Of a stretch of DNA of 64,000 bases, positions 23,837 to 36,192 are shown piece after piece. Source of the stretch: Selaginella moellendorffii (lineage: Eukaryota > Plantae > Lycopodiophyta); NCBI RefSeq assembly GCF_000143415.4, contig NW_003314269.1, forward strand, positions 1-64,000, written 5' to 3'. A model generated the notes under the pieces. It was not told the origin of the DNA. It saw only the letters and a list, made by a program, of their open reading frames with translations, and ran no database searches. The position numbers and the translations under genes were made by a program. Position 1 is the stretch's first letter. Every line of letters starts with the position of its first letter.

Positions 23837-24901
23837 TCACACCACTTTTTCTTTGCCTTTGGCTTTGTTGCCTCCACTGCCGCTTCCTTGGTCTCCACCT
23901 CCGCTGCCACCACCTCCACGCGGAAGCGCTTGCGGCAGCGGCACAGCTCTACCCCTACGGCCACCCCGTCCGCTGCCACCGCTGCCACCACCTCCGCGCG
24001 GCAGCGCTCGCGGCAGCGGCACAGCTCTACCTTTGCCTCCCCTATGGCCACCGCGTCCGCGGTCGCCGCCGCCACCACCTCCTCTTCCACCGCTGCCACC
24101 ACCTCCTCCTCCATTGAACGCAAGGTGCTCGGGGATGAATTTACATAACATCCCAATGTTGTTGATATGAAACCCGATCAGCTGAAGCGTGGGCTTCATG
24201 AGGGGATCGATGGTGAAAATGACGCCTCCGCGATTGTCTCCACAATAAGAAGCTAGAAAGAAACAGTTAATGATAGGAACTATCAATTACAGCCAAAACT
24301 ACTCTTACCTACACAAAACCCTGCAGGGAGTGTAGTTCCCACCGTGAGAACATCATGGAAAGCCGGGATCTTTTCAGTCTCCGCCTTCTTCGAGCCTCCT
24401 CCTCTGCATGCATCATACTCCCTGTCCACCCCCTCAACATAGCCCAGGAAATGGACACGAGACCCCAGGCGTAAGAGCTCCCCGCTACTCCGTAGAAAGG
24501 GTATCTCCAGAGGAAACTCCGTGTAGTTCTTCTCGATCTCGAGCATTGCTACCTCGCACGCACGGTCCACGTCGATGAAACTCGCCTCCCTTATCTCCCT
24601 TTGAGTGGGATAGTGAACCAGCCATTGCAAGCGACGGAGGTCGTAGCCTTCGAGCGGAGCAAGTGACACAACACCGTGACTGCATCGAGAGCGAGAGCGA
24701 GAGCGAGAAAGGAGAAACTTCCAACACCAAAACACAAATCTTTCACCTTGGTGCTACCATAACCACGGTAGCGATGGTTGTAACAGAAGAGAGCGAGCCA
24801 TTCCGGACGAATAGCCGCCCTAGCGCTGCTCGAGCATCACGAAAATCGTCATCCACCTCAAATCTTCCATAGCGCCTCGCTATCTCACCGCTTGAAGCCA
24901 T
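23837..24901 (-). CDS. Paralog of 16638-17786 (type A trypsin-fold pseudoprotease, Gly/Arg-rich tail), 3 exons
   Basis: IATVVMVAPSHGVVSLAPL...DRACEVAMLEIE...VHFLGY...YCGDNRGGVIF...LIGFHI, then GGGG/GRGG repeats; same intron positions. Confidence 0.6.
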
Positions 24902-24949
24902 TATGATTAGGGTTAATTCTAGCTTCGGAGGATCGAGATTCCTCTCTGG

Positions 24950-25760
24950 GCTACAAATCCCAATCTTTCTGCGCTTGGGTCGCATTTTCCTATGCCAGGT
25001 GGAGTGCCTGACTTGGAAATCATTCGTGATCATTCGCTACAGTTCGAGGCCTTGACATTGCGCGCTGTCGCCGACGTTTGTAGGTAACGTTTTTTCGTTG
25101 TTCTTGTACAACTTCTTCTCGCAGGAATCAAAGGAGATGACTATCCAGAAATATTCTTGCTGCTACCAAGGCGTTTGGTCTCAGAGCGGCTGTCCAGGTT
25201 GGTAGTTACGGCACTTTTTCTTTCTCCTCGTCGAGCGTCTGTTTTCTTAGTTTTTTCTTCAGGTTGTAGACTTGCAAGTATTTGCCACCACACACGTCGT
25301 TGGAGCCCGTTGTTGGCGCATTCTAGATCATAGTCTCTTTAATGGAAAAGGTTTGCTTTAGATTTTGGTTTGAAACTTCTCGGTGGCGACTTAATGCCTT
25401 GTGCGTTTGTCCAGGTTTACATGGAAAAACTTTCACCTTTGCACTGACTGACACAGGTCACCTGATCAAGGAATAAGAAATGTACTTGTGGCCCGGAAAT
25501 TAACGTCATAGACTACTCGAAGACAGACTTAAGTCATACATGTACTCCTCTCAGAGGGCTGTTGAAATGCAGAAAGTCAAGGTTGGACCTCGTGGGGAAG
25601 TCTGACCCATACGCGAGGCTGGTCATTCGTGAAGGACAGTTTGTCAAGAAGAAAACGACCATGAAAATGAACACTCCATCCGTCAGTCTCATGCTTCAAG
25701 TTGGGCTCCGCGACAAGGAGGTGGTATCCATTTCCCATTGCTTTCCACTCGCCCACTGGT
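24950..25760 (+). pseudogene. Synaptotagmin fragments (second copy)
   Basis: DFGLKLLGGDLM, MYLWP, DLVGKSDPYARL, KKKTTMKMNT; matches 18050-18750. Confidence 0.7.
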
Positions 25761-25789
25761 GGCTCCGCTACAAGGTACTGGAACTCTTG

Positions 25790-26810
25790 ATCCCATCCAG
25801 GATCTTCTTTATAGCCTGAAACGCGCGAACAAACCAGAGAAAGATAAAACATTAAATCAACGGGACTACTTACCTTGGTTTCCTTTGCTAAATGCGAGCC
25901 TCGCGTACGGTTGTCGGTGATGCTTGCTTTCCAAATCTTCGACACCATGGACAGGCAAACCACATCCTTCGGGAGCTTTTTCGACGCTGTGTGAGTCACG
26001 AGGCTTCAATTGTCTTGTTAATCTGCAAGCCAATTTAAGTTTGCTGTTGTGCATATGAGCCAGTCTTTTTTCCTGAGGCCAGTCGCCCTGACAGCCTTCA
26101 CTTCCAGCATTCCAACAGGCGCTGAGAGGCATTCATGAGTATACGTATGACTTCCACGAGTTAAGTCTTACCTCTCGTCTAGGACGTTGGTTCCATTGTT
26201 CTGGGCCATGATCAGGTCCTGCGAAGTCAGCTTTGTCAGTACAAAGATCCATAAGCCCTGGAATTGCCATTAAATCGCCACCGAGAAGTTTCAAACCAAA
26301 ATGGTAGGCTATGTTAAAAGAACTTAAACAAACCTTTTCCATTAGAGACACCATGATCTTGCAAAAGCATAGCAACAAGGGGTTTCAGCGTAACGCGTGG
26401 AAGCCCATTTAAGTTCGTTGAAATGCTTGTAGTAGAACCACGTACCTGTAAGAGATTCTGGATCCAGAACATGACAGGTTTCGTTCCATTCTGGATTTGG
26501 CAAACGGTCCTTCACCGAGGACCAGCCTCAAGTATGGGCAGACTTCCATACTTGAGCTCTTTCTTCTTGAGGCCTGTCGCCCTGACAACCTTGAGAGTCT
26601 GTAAAAAGGTAAAGATCCTTTGTTGCAAACCTGGACAAACGCATAATCCCGAGAAGTTTCAAAATCTACGCAGGAGTGTCATGTCAAAATGTAACGCGTG
26701 CGGTGACGAATGCTTGCAATGCAAGTCGTAAAGAAAGAACGAAAGCTCAAGAGAGAGAGAGACAAAAAGGCGAAACTGCTAACCAGGACAGTCGCTTTGA
26801 CACCAAACGC
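25790..26810 (-). pseudogene. Synaptotagmin fragments (inverted copy)
   Basis: Reverse complement of ~18300-19540 (FGLKLLGGDLMAIPGL, KVVRATGLKKK). Confidence 0.7.
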
Positions 26811-26829
26811 CTTGACTGCATCAAGAAAG

Positions 26830-27060
26830 GATGGTGGGATCCATTTCAAGAGACTTGAGATTCTTTCCAAGTTCATCCCTGCTCGTGATGCACTTATAGT
26901 TTGTGCGCAGGTCATGGCAAGGAATGCAGAAGCCGGAAACAGCGGCAGCCAGGGAGGAGCGGCAGTGGTGGAAGAGCTGGCAGCAGCGACAGTACCAGCG
27001 CCAAAGCGACAAACTCAAAGGCAAAGCTATCAAAGACGACTTTTCAAAATGGCCAAAAGA
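26830..27060 (+). pseudogene. 3' remnant of a third type A trypsin-fold gene
   Basis: GIHFKRLEILSKFIPARDALIVCAQVMARNAEAGNSGSQGG matches the last exon of 16638-17786. Confidence 0.7.
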
Positions 27061-27073
27061 CAAAGCTAGAAAC

Positions 27074-28829
27074 TTAGCAAAGGAGTGGGATTGTCTCGGA
27101 GTCCACACGAATCATCGCTGCTTGTGCCTGTATAATCACATTTGGTAAGCAAACCACTTGTGAGAGTGTCCACCTGCTTTGCCCAGTTTGTGGAGAGGGC
27201 TATTACAGACAGAACTGCAGCTTGCGTTGACACTCCCGAGAGAACTCCAATCAAAAGTCCCTGTGTAATGCAACAGGCATCAATCCCAAGGCCAAAGATT
27301 GAGTTACCTTGCCACCGAGACCAACGACAAATGCTAGGATACATCCTACAGGCAAACCAACAACGTAAAAGGCTCCCAAGTTTGCAATTGTTGCAAGCAT
27401 CTGCCAACCACACCCTCTAGCAGAACCTTGCAAAACAATTGTTTAGCTAGAAACATAGAACAAAACAAAAAAAAAGTTCGAGTTACCCGATACAACTCCG
27501 GCAAATGCATCCATGACGGTCATTGCAGCAAGAATTGGAATCATTCGCGAAACATGGCCGACCACTTCTGCCTCATTGCTGAAAGCCCGGCCAAGAACGT
27601 CACGGAGGCAAAACAGGAGGGTTGACACAAACACTGCGTCAATGGCAGCCAGGCCGAAAGAAACGCCCTGCGAGAGCCGAGCTTCAAATGGATGCCCGGC
27701 ACCGAGCTCGTTGGAAATGCGAGTACTGCAGAGATCGAAAGTTTGCCAAAGAGAGTAACTGAGCAAATCGCTGAATACCTTGCTGCTGCACTGATACCAT
27801 AAGGAACCATGTAGCAGAAGTTGATGATGTTTAGCCTGGAAAAGGAAAGTGAGCTTACAGGAAGGAAAAGATTTTTACTGACATGATGGAGAACACGGAC
27901 GTCTCAAGCTTGGGATTGGGAAGAACGCCTGAGAGCAAAACGAGGGACTCAAACGACCACCACTCCAAGCTGGGAACAATGCAGAGTTAAACGAATAAAA
28001 GAAACAAGAAAATACTTACCAGAACATGAGCGTAGAAGGCACTGCCAACTTCAAAAAGTCGAAAACATGCTCGAAAACCTCCATGGATAACTCTGGCAAA
28101 CACTTGCGACACTGGGGAGTGAGCAGCGCCACTCCGGCGAGGAAGAAGACGTTGATCCAGTTGGAAACACTCGTCGCCAGTGCTGCTCCAGCGTTTCCCA
28201 TACCAACCTTGTATATGAGCACCCAGCAGATCGAAACGTGGACCGCCAAAGTCACCGACGAGCACAAGAACATCGGAAGCACGAAGCTCTGCGCTTGGAG
28301 AAACTTGATGAGTGGCTGGAGGAAGCCAAATGCGAAGAGCCCCGGGACGAGCCATCGCGCGTAGATTCCAGCGCTGGACGATATGTCTGGAGCCTGATGG
28401 AGGACGAGGAGGAAACTTTCCATGTTGAGCCATAGCACTGCCACTGGAATCGCGACGGCGAGAAGAACCAGCACTGCTCGATACAAGTAGAGGCCGACCT
28501 TGTGGTATTGCTTGGCTCCAAACGCCTGGCCGCACAGGGTCTCAAGGCCGGTGGCAAGGCCTTGCTACAAAGAGACCACGATCCGGATGCTTCACTGCTC
28601 AATTCTGCCTCGAAATCTTGCGTCAGGGACTCACCAAGAGACTGTAGCCGGTGACCGTGCACAGCGATGTCGCGATGGAGGCGCTCGAGAGCTGGAGCTC
28701 GCCGAGATGGCCGACGAGCATCACGGACGTGATCTGGATGGCGAACTGCATGAGATTAACACCCATCATCGGCAGCGCAAGCCGCATTTGCTGCAGCGCC
28801 TCGAGGCGCCATCGCCTCAGATCCACCAT
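27074..28829 (-). CDS. MATE (DTX-type) efflux transporter, multi-exon, apparently intact
   Basis: [21 protein letters not shown]...[27 protein letters not shown]|[20 protein letters not shown]...LEWWSFE...[10 protein letters not shown]...GSARGCGWQ; GT-AG introns. Confidence 0.9.
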
Positions 28830-30236
28830 TTCCTCAAGAACCCTAATTCCCGGGTCAATAAATTGATTCGATGCCGCATATTCCAATATAAAATAAAACT
28901 GTAAGTAGTAGCTCAGTGGATAGAGCGTCTGTTTCCGGAGCAGAATGTCACAGGTTCGACCCTTGTCTAGCGCAATTGTTAATTTGTGTCCTTGAGAAGG
29001 TACAGTTCCATTCGTGTCCCAGAATAACACCCAAAACCTAAACTTGAAGGGAGGATCAATGACCGCTCGCGAGTGGAAGTCATAAGTAAAGCGATTTGGA
29101 TTGGAGTCCACCAATGTGAAAGGTAGACTTTTCCTAGCATTGTCACTTCCAGGAAACTGTCCGCAAGTTTGCTTTTGCACTATGAAAACCTGGGATGAAT
29201 CACAAACACGCAACGAAACGTATCATCAGCTGATCGGCTCCAGAAACGGCAGATTGTGTGAAGAGCAAGCCGAGACGACACGGCGGAGACTGTACGTGGC
29301 AGGGAGCTCGTTCTGCCAAAAACGAAAGAACAAAAAAAAAAAGAAGCCAAGGAAACATAAAAGCGACCTGCCGTTTCGATCGGGCCAAGAAAATATTAAA
29401 ACAAATCTGTTGATATGTGTCTAAAGTTTGGAGCTTTACGTTGGTATTGGAACTCCAACCCAATGTCCCTTGAGTTTGTAGTGGATTTCTCCATGATCGC
29501 TGTTGTTTTGGCGGATGCCATTGGGAAAATCATGTCTTTTTGTTGCTGTAGGAGCTTTAGCTCGTAGGCTTTTTGGCCGAGATCGATCAATCGATGGACC
29601 AAATCGTGCCAATGGTTTTTGGAGTGATGTTTCGTGGAATCACGTGCAAGTCAAGGAAGCATCCACCCAAATCGACCCCACGGACCCTGGCACGTTTCGA
29701 TAAACAGGAAATTTCGCTGGAAATGGTGGCCTTGCGAAACAAAAGCTAGCAGATGGTAAAAGGTCTCGCATTGAGCCCACACATACGACCTTTGAAATTT
29801 CCTCCTCTACCAGAGCATATTCTTCTACGTCGCGTGAGCAAGGCAAGCATATGCTCCCGGGCCGAGGAAGGTTCTCTGGAAGCATCCCGAGCTTCGCGGC
29901 AGCTTCTGGTAGCGCTTCTGAGAGAGTGTGCGTGGCGAATATGCGCGGCATCGGCCCCGGGATGAGGACACGTCACGCGATGATGGCGCTGCGATCACGA
30001 CCGTGGAGAGGAAAAAGAAGAGGAGAAGATCATTGCCCAGGCTTTGAGTCCACTTGCTTTGCATCTTCCCCTTGTTTCTTCCATTTTCTTCTCTTCTCTT
30101 CGTGCGATCGATCCGTCGCGTGGAAGGAAGGACCAGAGTGAAATTGGAGAAATCGGCAGCGAATGTGTCAACGCGAAGATAGAATTTGATAGTGGGGCTT
30201 GACTGCTAGCTGCAAGAGGAAAAGGAGATCCACTCC

Positions 30237-31499
30237 ATGGACCAGGAAGAGCTAGTTCCTTTTGGAAGCCCCTCGCTCTGTTTCTACTCGGAGGAGGTAG
30301 CGATCGATTGCGAGGATCAGGACGAGAAGACGCTCCTGGAAGTGGACAGCTTCGTGTCATCGTCTCTGGTGCTGGGCGAGGCCGATCAGGCCGAGGATTC
30401 GCACATCCAGCCATCGCCCACATCCCAGCTCGCGGATTCCCCCATTGGGTCGGCCAGATCGGGCGGGATCTCCAGCGATTCGGGCAGGAAGAGCATCCGG
30501 ATCGCGCAGAAGCTCCGCGATCGTGTCGGCTCGGATCGATTCCGCGAGGCGATTGGGGGCGTCTTTAGCCAGGAGGCCGCCAGCGGCAACAAGAGCGCTC
30601 TTCGGCTGATGACACACATTTCTTCCTCCTCGCCTTCCTCTTCTCCATCCTCGGCGGTCCTCTCCCCGGATTCTTCCAGCGATTCCACCAATATCCTCCC
30701 CGGGAAGAAGAAGCGGCCTGCGCTCCTCCCGCTCGATCTCTCCTTCGCCGCTGCCTCCAATCGCAGCAGCAGCATCCACAGCCCCTGGGGGATCTCCAAG
30801 AGAGTGTGTAGCACGCCGCCCCCTTCTACTTCCTCTTGCTCCTCCACCTCGGCCCCCATCGCCGCGGCCATGGCGATGGCTTCCAGCCCAGTGCTCGGCG
30901 GCCTCTCGGATTTCAACGAGAACGACTCCGAGGACATGATTCTCTACGGGCTGCTCAAGGAGGCCGCGCGGACTGGATGGCAGCCGCTCACGCCCAAGCA
31001 AAGGAAAGAGCCCGAGCTCGCCGACGCCGCCAAGCCCGAGATCGTGACGCCCATGCCGCCGGCAGTAGCGGTAGTACACCGCGCAGCACAGCTACCACAG
31101 TGCGTTGCCAACCGCGCGGCACCCACGGTACACTACGCAGCACAGCCGGCACATTGCGCGATACCGCTGCTGACACAGTCCGAGACGCGCGGTACTGCGG
31201 CAATGCCGGCGGCTTCTTTACAAAGGCAGCACTACCGCGGGGTGAGGCAGAGGCCGTGGGGGAAGTTTGCGGCGGAGATTAGAGACTCGATGCGGCAAGG
31301 CGCACGGATCTGGCTGGGGACGTTTGATACCGCCGAGCAGGCTGCTCGGGCCTACGATCGAGCGGCGTTTAAGATGAGGGGCGCGCGAGCTCTTCTCAAT
31401 TTTCCACTCCAGCCGCAGCAGCAGCACCACCAAATTCACCAGAGTGGCCAAAGTCAAAACCAGCAAGAGCCCGAGAACAAGAGACCGAGATCGAATTGA
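30237..31499 (+). CDS. AP2/ERF transcription factor, group IX-like, single exon
   Basis: [20 protein letters not shown]...[34 protein letters not shown]; upstream [15 protein letters not shown] motif. Confidence 0.95.
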   Translation: MDQEELVPFGSPSLCFYSEEVAIDCEDQDEKTLLEVDSFVSSSLVLGEADQAEDSHIQPSPTSQLADSPIGSARSGGISSDSGRKSIRIAQKLRDRVGSDRFREAIGGVFSQEAASGNKSALRLMTHISSSSPSSSPSSAVLSPDSSSDSTNILPGKKKRPALLPLDLSFAAASNRSSSIHSPWGISKRVCSTPPPSTSSCSSTSAPIAAAMAMASSPVLGGLSDFNENDSEDMILYGLLKEAARTGWQPLTPKQRKEPELADAAKPEIVTPMPPAVAVVHRAAQLPQCVANRAAPTVHYAAQPAHCAIPLLTQSETRGTAAMPAASLQRQHYRGVRQRPWGKFAAEIRDSMRQGARIWLGTFDTAEQAARAYDRAAFKMRGARALLNFPLQPQQQHHQIHQSGQSQNQQEPENKRPRSN

Positions 31500-31684
31500 T
31501 GATATACCATTTTTCTTCTAGCGTTTTGATTGACGTCGTCTGATCCGTAGTCAGACAGAGAGAGGAAGCGGCCAAAGATCGTGATTGATAAAGATTGCGC
31601 TTTTGACTCCTATTTTCTCAGTCTCACTCGTCCCTGCGAGGAAGAATCCAGCTATAATGGCGAGGAAAAAGAAAAGCGAGTACT

Positions 31685-32633
31685 CTACCTTGCAGCAGGA
31701 TTGTCCGCAAGATTGTTCTTGTGTTTATGGACGATCGCTTTGTCATGCTGCGTTCTATGTGGATATTGGGTGTAAAGTAGTAAAGCCTGGAAACAGAGAG
31801 AACGTAAAAATTCGTAAGACTTTTTTATGTTCTTTGAACATTTCGACTCTGATTGACTTGCCTTGATGTAGTTTTTCGCGTCTAGCGTGAACCTGTGAGA
31901 CATACCCGCGGGAAGAACGATCATATCCCCTTTGCCAACAGCAAACCGGATCCATTTGCCATCAAAGTCTCGAATATCCCAATAACCTGAAGAAGCAGAC
32001 AAAATAGGTAGAATTTGAATCTAGAAAGAAAAGAAATTGAGAAAACTGTACCACTCCCATCCAAGATGAACCTCACTTCCTCCTGTGAATGCGTGTGTTC
32101 CTTGAAGAAGCCTTGGACTTTAGCATCGAAATCCTCCGTACTTTCACGACAGAGAGTGAGCACCTCCTGGACCACAAGCAAGTTTCCCTGTCAACTTTAA
32201 ACACAATCCGAAAACCCTCCAATCTCACTCACCGAGTAGAGATAGCCGCGTTCACTTCGAATCTGTTCCAGCAGAGAAGTGGCTTCAAGGTCGAGCTTCC
32301 AAGTCAAGACGCCAAGCTCTGCAAGTGCATTTGGAGCTACACGTTAAGCAAAAAACAGTCTAGCTAGAGAGCAGAACAAGCGGGTACCATGGAGGTGCGC
32401 GAGTGGGACTGGGCAATTTGGAACGCGTCTGTGTGGAAGCCTCGGATCATCCCCCTCGTCCAGCATGCTCGGACTGTACTCCCATGCTTCCACTCCTGTC
32501 TGCCAAGCATGCAAAAGGCAGGCAGCCACGATCAGTCTCGGCTAAGGAGAATCAAGCTATACTAACTCTACTAAGAAGGAATCATCTTGCGTCATCTCCC
32601 ACATACCTCGGAGTGAACACTTGCTGCTGCCAT
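31685..32633 (-). CDS. ARD: Acireductone dioxygenase (ARD/ADI1 family cupin), multi-exon
   Basis: EAW...DPRLPH; [26 protein letters not shown]...[25 protein letters not shown] (metal ligands H-x-H-x3-E...H). Confidence 0.9.
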
Positions 32634-32965
32634 GGACTGAAGTTGAGTGAAGGAGAAGTAGAGAGCTGGACGTCTTTTATACCGGGAACTCGCGTGGCAT
32701 TCAGGCATAGTGTGCATGAATTTCGAATCCATACATGAACGATGGTGTCAAGGTACCACCTCGCAGAAGGGATGACACCGGAGGACCCTCTTGGTCTACA
32801 AGTGGCACGGTTTGTTAGTGCAACTTGAAGATAGAAACTGTTCTTCAAGTTGCACTAACAAACCCTTGAAAGCAGCGGTGTTGCTACATTAGCTGAAATA
32901 GCTCAAAAGTAAGAAAAACTGTTTCAAAGTGATGGAGAATGATCAAAGCTTTTCCTATGATACCT

Positions 32966-33958
32966 CTACCAACAACCGGGATCTTTAATGAAGTCAAACT
33001 CCGTAGTGTGCAGCGAGTGAGGCGGCGGCTTCAATCCGCTGGACTTCCATCTTCGCAGCATCGCATCTTCGAACCTCCGGACCTAAGGTAGCAAAGACAT
33101 AATTTGCCTAAACTCACGACGAATGTATGACTCACTCTGGTCACGATGAAAGGCTCGCCTTTGAGCGTGAGAGGCTCTGTAGAAATCGTGAGCAGTCCAT
33201 TCTTGTTGCCATACACGACGTCGGTAAGGTGGCGATCTCCTACCTGTGACAGAGAAAGCTAAGGACAAGAAATGGATAACAGGCAAGAGTACCTACCATA
33301 ACGAGAAGTGACGCATCGCATCCAAATCTCTTCTTGAGAGCATCAGCATTTCCAGCCGGTTTCTTAGAGCCTACATTAGGAAAATAACGTTAGGAAGTGA
33401 ACCAAGAAAACTCGTTTTGTTTTCCAAACGCTCACCATGCCTGATCACGGAAATTCCAAGTGACTCCTCTAGTGCGTCAGCCTCAACTCCCGCGGGATCA
33501 AACTGGTACAGTCCTGCTCTGCAAGAAGTTTTTTAACAAAACTAAATCAGATTTAAGAAAAAAAACTCTTTGCTCGACACTTAACCTGCGCTGTTGCTGA
33601 GAAGTGCCACATTCTCCCCAAAGCACTTCCGACATTCTTCCAAGGACTCGCCCAGCGTCGGCCACACGGTCGCCACATACGGGGCCGTGAGCGTATTATC
33701 CTTGTCAAACACCACACCGGCAAATCCCCGCTCCTTGAGCGCCCTCCAGTCAATCCAGCTGATATCCGGCACATGAACATGCGGCAGCATTAAGCTCCGG
33801 TCGCGCAGCAGCACGGGGGCAGCCGATCCAATCCCCGCCGCATTAAACCTCTGCCCGAGCTTCGCGATCATCGAGTGGCGCGGCGCAGAGAGATCGGCGC
33901 TACAGCAGCACACAGACCTGGAGATCACAGCCGGCGCGCCCGCCCCGCCCAAGCTCAT
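32966..33958 (-). CDS. HAD-family phosphatidylglycerophosphate phosphatase (PGPP1/Gep4-like)
   Basis: GVVFDKDNTLTAPY, LSNSAG, KKP, VGDRHLTDVVYGN; organellar-type N-terminus. Confidence 0.9.
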
Positions 33959-34188
33959 CTCATCTCGCCCTAAAACGAGAGAGCGCCAAACCCTACAAAG
34001 ATTTTTGAAAAAGTGAACACATTTAATCCAGCGGTTGCGATTGGCTGGTCCAGATGGACGGCAGCGATGTGGCCGGGAAGGGGGAACGAAAATCCCCGTC
34101 CCCGGGCAGTGGAAGTGGCCGTTTTGTTTTTTTAGGTCTTTTTTTTGCGGCCATCTATCTTGCCAATTGGGAGGCTGGGGAGGGAAGG

Positions 34189-35780
34189 ATGGGTTCTTTC
34201 GAGCCCGCCCAGAAGAAGGCGCGCTCGGATGTGGATCTTTCCTCGCTCTCCTTCCAAATTCACCACCAATCCCCGCCGCAGCCATCGTCGATCGCGCAGC
34301 AGCAGCAAACTTCGCCGATCACGCAGACCGTCCAGCAGCAGCAGCAGCAACAATGCCAGCAGCAAAACGGGGATTTCGAGTGCCGGCGATACACAACGCC
34401 AGAGGGATGCCCCTATGGCAGCAAATGCCGATTCAAGCACGGGCCATTTGGTTGGAATTTCTCTCCATTCTCTCCTCCCTTGTCTAATTCTCTCTAATTT
34501 CTTCCATCTCTTTGAGTTTCTTCTCTACAGCATTTTTATCCACCAGTTTCTCTTCCAATTCTCTTCTCTTCCATTTTCCTTTGTTTTTCTGAGTGTTCTT
34601 CCTGTGATTCTTGTCACAAACGGAGGCTCTTGGCATTCCCTAAAACTGTGTACGGAATTGCAGATGACCGGGATTTGACGCAGCAGACCTCAGCACTGGG
34701 GAGCAAGACGAAACCATGTACGAAATTCTTCAGGTCAATTCACCCTAGAGCTAAGATCTCCTGATCTCCTCCAAACTTCACCACCTTTTTTTTTCCTTTT
34801 GCTCTTCGCGATTTCTTCCTTTTGCTAAGCACCACCCTTGCAGAAAGAACAAAACCAACGTGAATCCAACGCATTTCTTCCTCCATTTGTGCAGTACCTC
34901 TGGATGCCCGTACGGCGAAGGCTGCCACTTCCTCCACTACGTCCCCGGCGGCATCAACTCCCTCCAGGTCCAGGCAGCCAACGGCACCGCGGCGCTCTCC
35001 TCCGCCGCCCCGGGCGGCGCGCCAGGAACAGCCGGATCGACCGCCGCCAGCCCAGCATCCACCACTCCTGGCGGCGGAGTAGCGGCAGTAACAGCGGCGG
35101 CGGCGGTGGTCCCCGACCCCTCCCAGACCGTCAATGGCTACAAGACCCGCCTGTGCAACCGCTATAACACGCCAGAGGGCTGCCGGTTTGGCGAGAAGTG
35201 CCACTTTGCGCATGGCGAGGCCGACCTCCGCCCCTCCAATCCCCGCCCCTCGCCCGCCACTGTCATCCACCTCCAGAACGGTGCCACCGCCGGAATAGGG
35301 GGCGCCGCCGCGCTCATCAACGGCACCACCGTCTTCTCCAGCAACCCGGTGGCCACCTCGGTGTACTACGGCGAGCCGACGCCACCCGGCGTCCCCGCCG
35401 CCACCACCTTTGGCAGCATCTCGGTCACCCGGATGAGCATCGAGGCGGCATACGCGGGGGCCATCATCGGCAAGGCCGGCGCCAACGTGAAGCAGATCAG
35501 CAAGGTGACGGGCTGCAAGGTGTCCATCCGCGACCACGAGACCGACCCCAACATGAGGAACGTCGAGATGGAGGGGTCGCTGGAGCAGATCGAGAGCGCG
35601 AGCGAGATGGTGCGGCAGCTGCTCCAGACGAGAGAGGTGGCGCCGCCGCGGGGGCCAGCGCTGGGGTCGCACAACTTCAAGACCAAGCTGTGCGAGAACT
35701 ACTCGTCCGGGACGTGCACGTTTGCAGAGCGGTGTCACTTTGCGCACGGCACGCAGGAGCTCCGGCCTATCATCAGATGA
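34189..35780 (+). CDS. CCCH zinc-finger + KH domain RNA-binding protein
   Basis: Four C-x8/9-C-x5-C-x3-H fingers (e.g. YKTRLCNRYNTPEGCRFGEKCHFAHG) and KH GAIIGKAGANVKQI; 3 exons. Confidence 0.92.
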
Positions 35781-36192
35781 TCGTCAGTTCCTGGGGTGAA
35801 ATCACTCGACTGCTACTGCTACCACCACGACTCGCAGCAGCGATTTTTCATCCAGACAACAACACACAAAACACACAGGTACATACATATACATTACTTA
35901 TACTATACAGTTCGAACAGGAGAACAACGAATCCAACACATACACACCACACAAACGCACAGACAGCCATGATCGATATGGTTTTACTGAACAGCACAAA
36001 CAACACAAGAAAGAAAGAACACACACACAAACACATACACGCACAGAGGGATCATACACACACAACTGACTGAAAGATTTTTTGGAACGTGTAAACATAT
36101 ATAAAACACCCAGTCTTCTAATGAACCGATTACTTACACTTTTGACTACCTCGAATTGAAGAGCTTCTGGCCGTCGGATCGGATAGAGAGGG

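Noticed and set aside
29640-30064. Short minus ORFs with a hydrophobic stretch
   Set aside because: No family evidence; only the DNA-level duplication is supportable.
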